Assembly (NCBI RefSeq): GCF_003704095.1
Contig: NW_020844867.1
Span: 62,001 to 126,000, forward strand
Direction: 5' to 3'
Source: Pocillopora damicornis
Lineage: Eukaryota
Length of the DNA: 64,000 nt
Shown here: piece after piece, positions 63,101-64,000 of the stretch
Layout of the letters: each line of letters opens with the position of its first letter
Position numbering within the stretch: position 1 is the stretch's first letter
Position numbers and translations under genes: made by a program
The notes under the pieces: model-generated
Told to the model about the DNA's origin: nothing
The model's input: the letters and a program-made list of their open reading frames with translations, nothing else
Database searches by the model: none

Positions 63101-63766
63101 GAAAGATATCAAGACATAAGAGATGGCTGAGGCGTTTTCAGATAGCGATACCATTTGATTTGTGTGTTTTTTTACGTCAATTATCTTGCAGATAATCAAC
63201 TTCTTTTTCAACCTGATCATGGAGAGAAGCAACCAACAAGGAAATGTGAAAGTGCACGCCTTTAATTCATTCTTTTATCCGAAACTGATCAAATCAGGAT
63301 ATGCCAGCCTTAAACGGTGGACGAAAAAGGTAAGGAACATGATTTTGTGCGTGTTTCTTCTCCACGAATTGTGGTCACCTTAGTTAGTCCAATTTAGCCC
63401 CTTGTGCTGCGAAAAGATAACCTGGTCAATGTTTTCAAGAGATTGTCGATTGATATTTTGAAGCTGCTTTTGTTGTTGGTATTTATTTAATAACAAATAC
63501 CTAGTGAGTAGTCAGGCGCGATTGTGCACAAGCCGCGCGTCTACAAGCCTCGGAAACCGATGAGGACCCCCCAAGGGGAGGGGTGCTTTTGGAGCATTTG
63601 TAACAACTGTTTTAATAGTTTATTTAGTTCTACACCCTTTGGTAATAACAATTGTTTGAAGTGTTTGGTTTCATTCATTTTGTATTTGATGTTGTTGTAG
63701 GTGGATATTTTTGCGATGGACGTGGTACTTGTTCCTATTCATCTAGGGATGCATTGGTGTCTCGCG
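51161..63766 (+). CDS. SENP1: Sentrin/SUMO-specific protease, SENP1/SENP2-like (Ulp1/C48 peptidase), 3'-incomplete
   Basis: 17 phase-compatible exons: 51161-51249, 51629-51665, 52158-52194, 52923-53134, 54437-54623, 55058-55257, 56464-56624, 57737-57915, 58402-58444, 59030(or 59036)-59092, 59545-59629, 60652-60684, 61260-61316, 61937-62002, 62505-62621, 63192-63329, 63701-63766. Motifs EERDRYRQL, FVPLTDEM, LNWLNDEIINFF, VHAFNSFFYPKL, KRWTKKVDIF, VPIHLGMHWCLA (catalytic His). Asp and Cys of the triad lie beyond the window. Confidence 0.9.
54213..54405. mobile_element. piggyBac-like MITE (TTAA-ccct ends); partial copy at ~56270-56380
   Basis: ttaaccctt...agagggtgaa ends, ~190 bp, non-coding, intronic. 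Confidence 0.55.
57307..57515. mobile_element. piggyBac-like MITE
   Basis: ttaatccttcaact...agttctaaggttaa; TTAA at both ends. Confidence 0.55.
58524..58720. mobile_element. piggyBac-like MITE (opposite orientation to the 57307 copy)
   Basis: ataaccctt...agttgaagggattaa; right end is the near reverse complement of the 57307 left end. Confidence 0.5.
58752..58943. mobile_element. MITE with agcctg...caggct TIR
   Basis: agcctgttcaaggtgttcagt / actgaacacccaaatcaggct; internal hairpin gatagtagcgg...ccgctactatc. Confidence 0.7.
59668..60274. mobile_element. Foldback-type MITE with ~110-bp TIRs made of gtcagttcgcaaacgt subrepeats
   Basis: cggtcgtttcgccaacggt...gttataaacattta mirrored by taaatgtttataac...accgttggcgaaacgaccg. 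Confidence 0.8.
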
Positions 63767-64000
63767 GTAAGAAAGTTGTTCATTGTAAAACCTTTCATCC
63801 CCGTTCTTATTACTAATGTTGCGTTTTTTAGCCAATTCAGATCCTCCGACGAGGCATATTAAATAATGCAATTGAACAAAATTAGATATACACTCGACGA
63901 TCGTTTTGGCCTCCGTTCACACTTGGCAAATAATTTTGTCCTCACTGGAAATCTTGTAAAGCCATTTTTCATCCGCACTACGACGATAAACAACGGTGGT

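Overview
AT-rich animal genomic DNA with spliceosomal GT-AG introns and three 100-N scaffold gaps. The repeat landscape (tRNA/CORE and Deu-type SINEs, MITEs, Penelope-type hammerhead motifs) resembles a scleractinian coral; this taxonomic call is an inference from recalled repeat families. Genes reconstructed by hand, all on the + strand: (1) an IL-1-receptor-like Ig-TM-TIR gene (4815-11864) whose first Ig exon is degenerate and interrupted by a repeat; (2) a tandem paralog (18087-23422) with a signal peptide and three intact Ig domains that stops just before a vestigial TM exon, so it is predicted to be secreted; (3) a phosphagen (arginine-like) kinase with a single-exon catalytic body and two candidate alternative first exons, one starting MGSCRSK (dual-acylation motif); (4) an intronless type-I membrane protein with two C-C-CC-C-C cysteine repeats; (5) an intronless RING-less TRIM-NHL protein; (6) the first 17 exons of a SENP1/2-like SUMO protease running off the right end. 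Most notable: the complementary receptor/soluble-ectodomain pair, the acylated versus cytosolic kinase isoforms, and a Tudor/MBT-like mini-ORF inserted in a dead RTE retroelement. All gene models come from splice-site and frame reading and need transcript confirmation.
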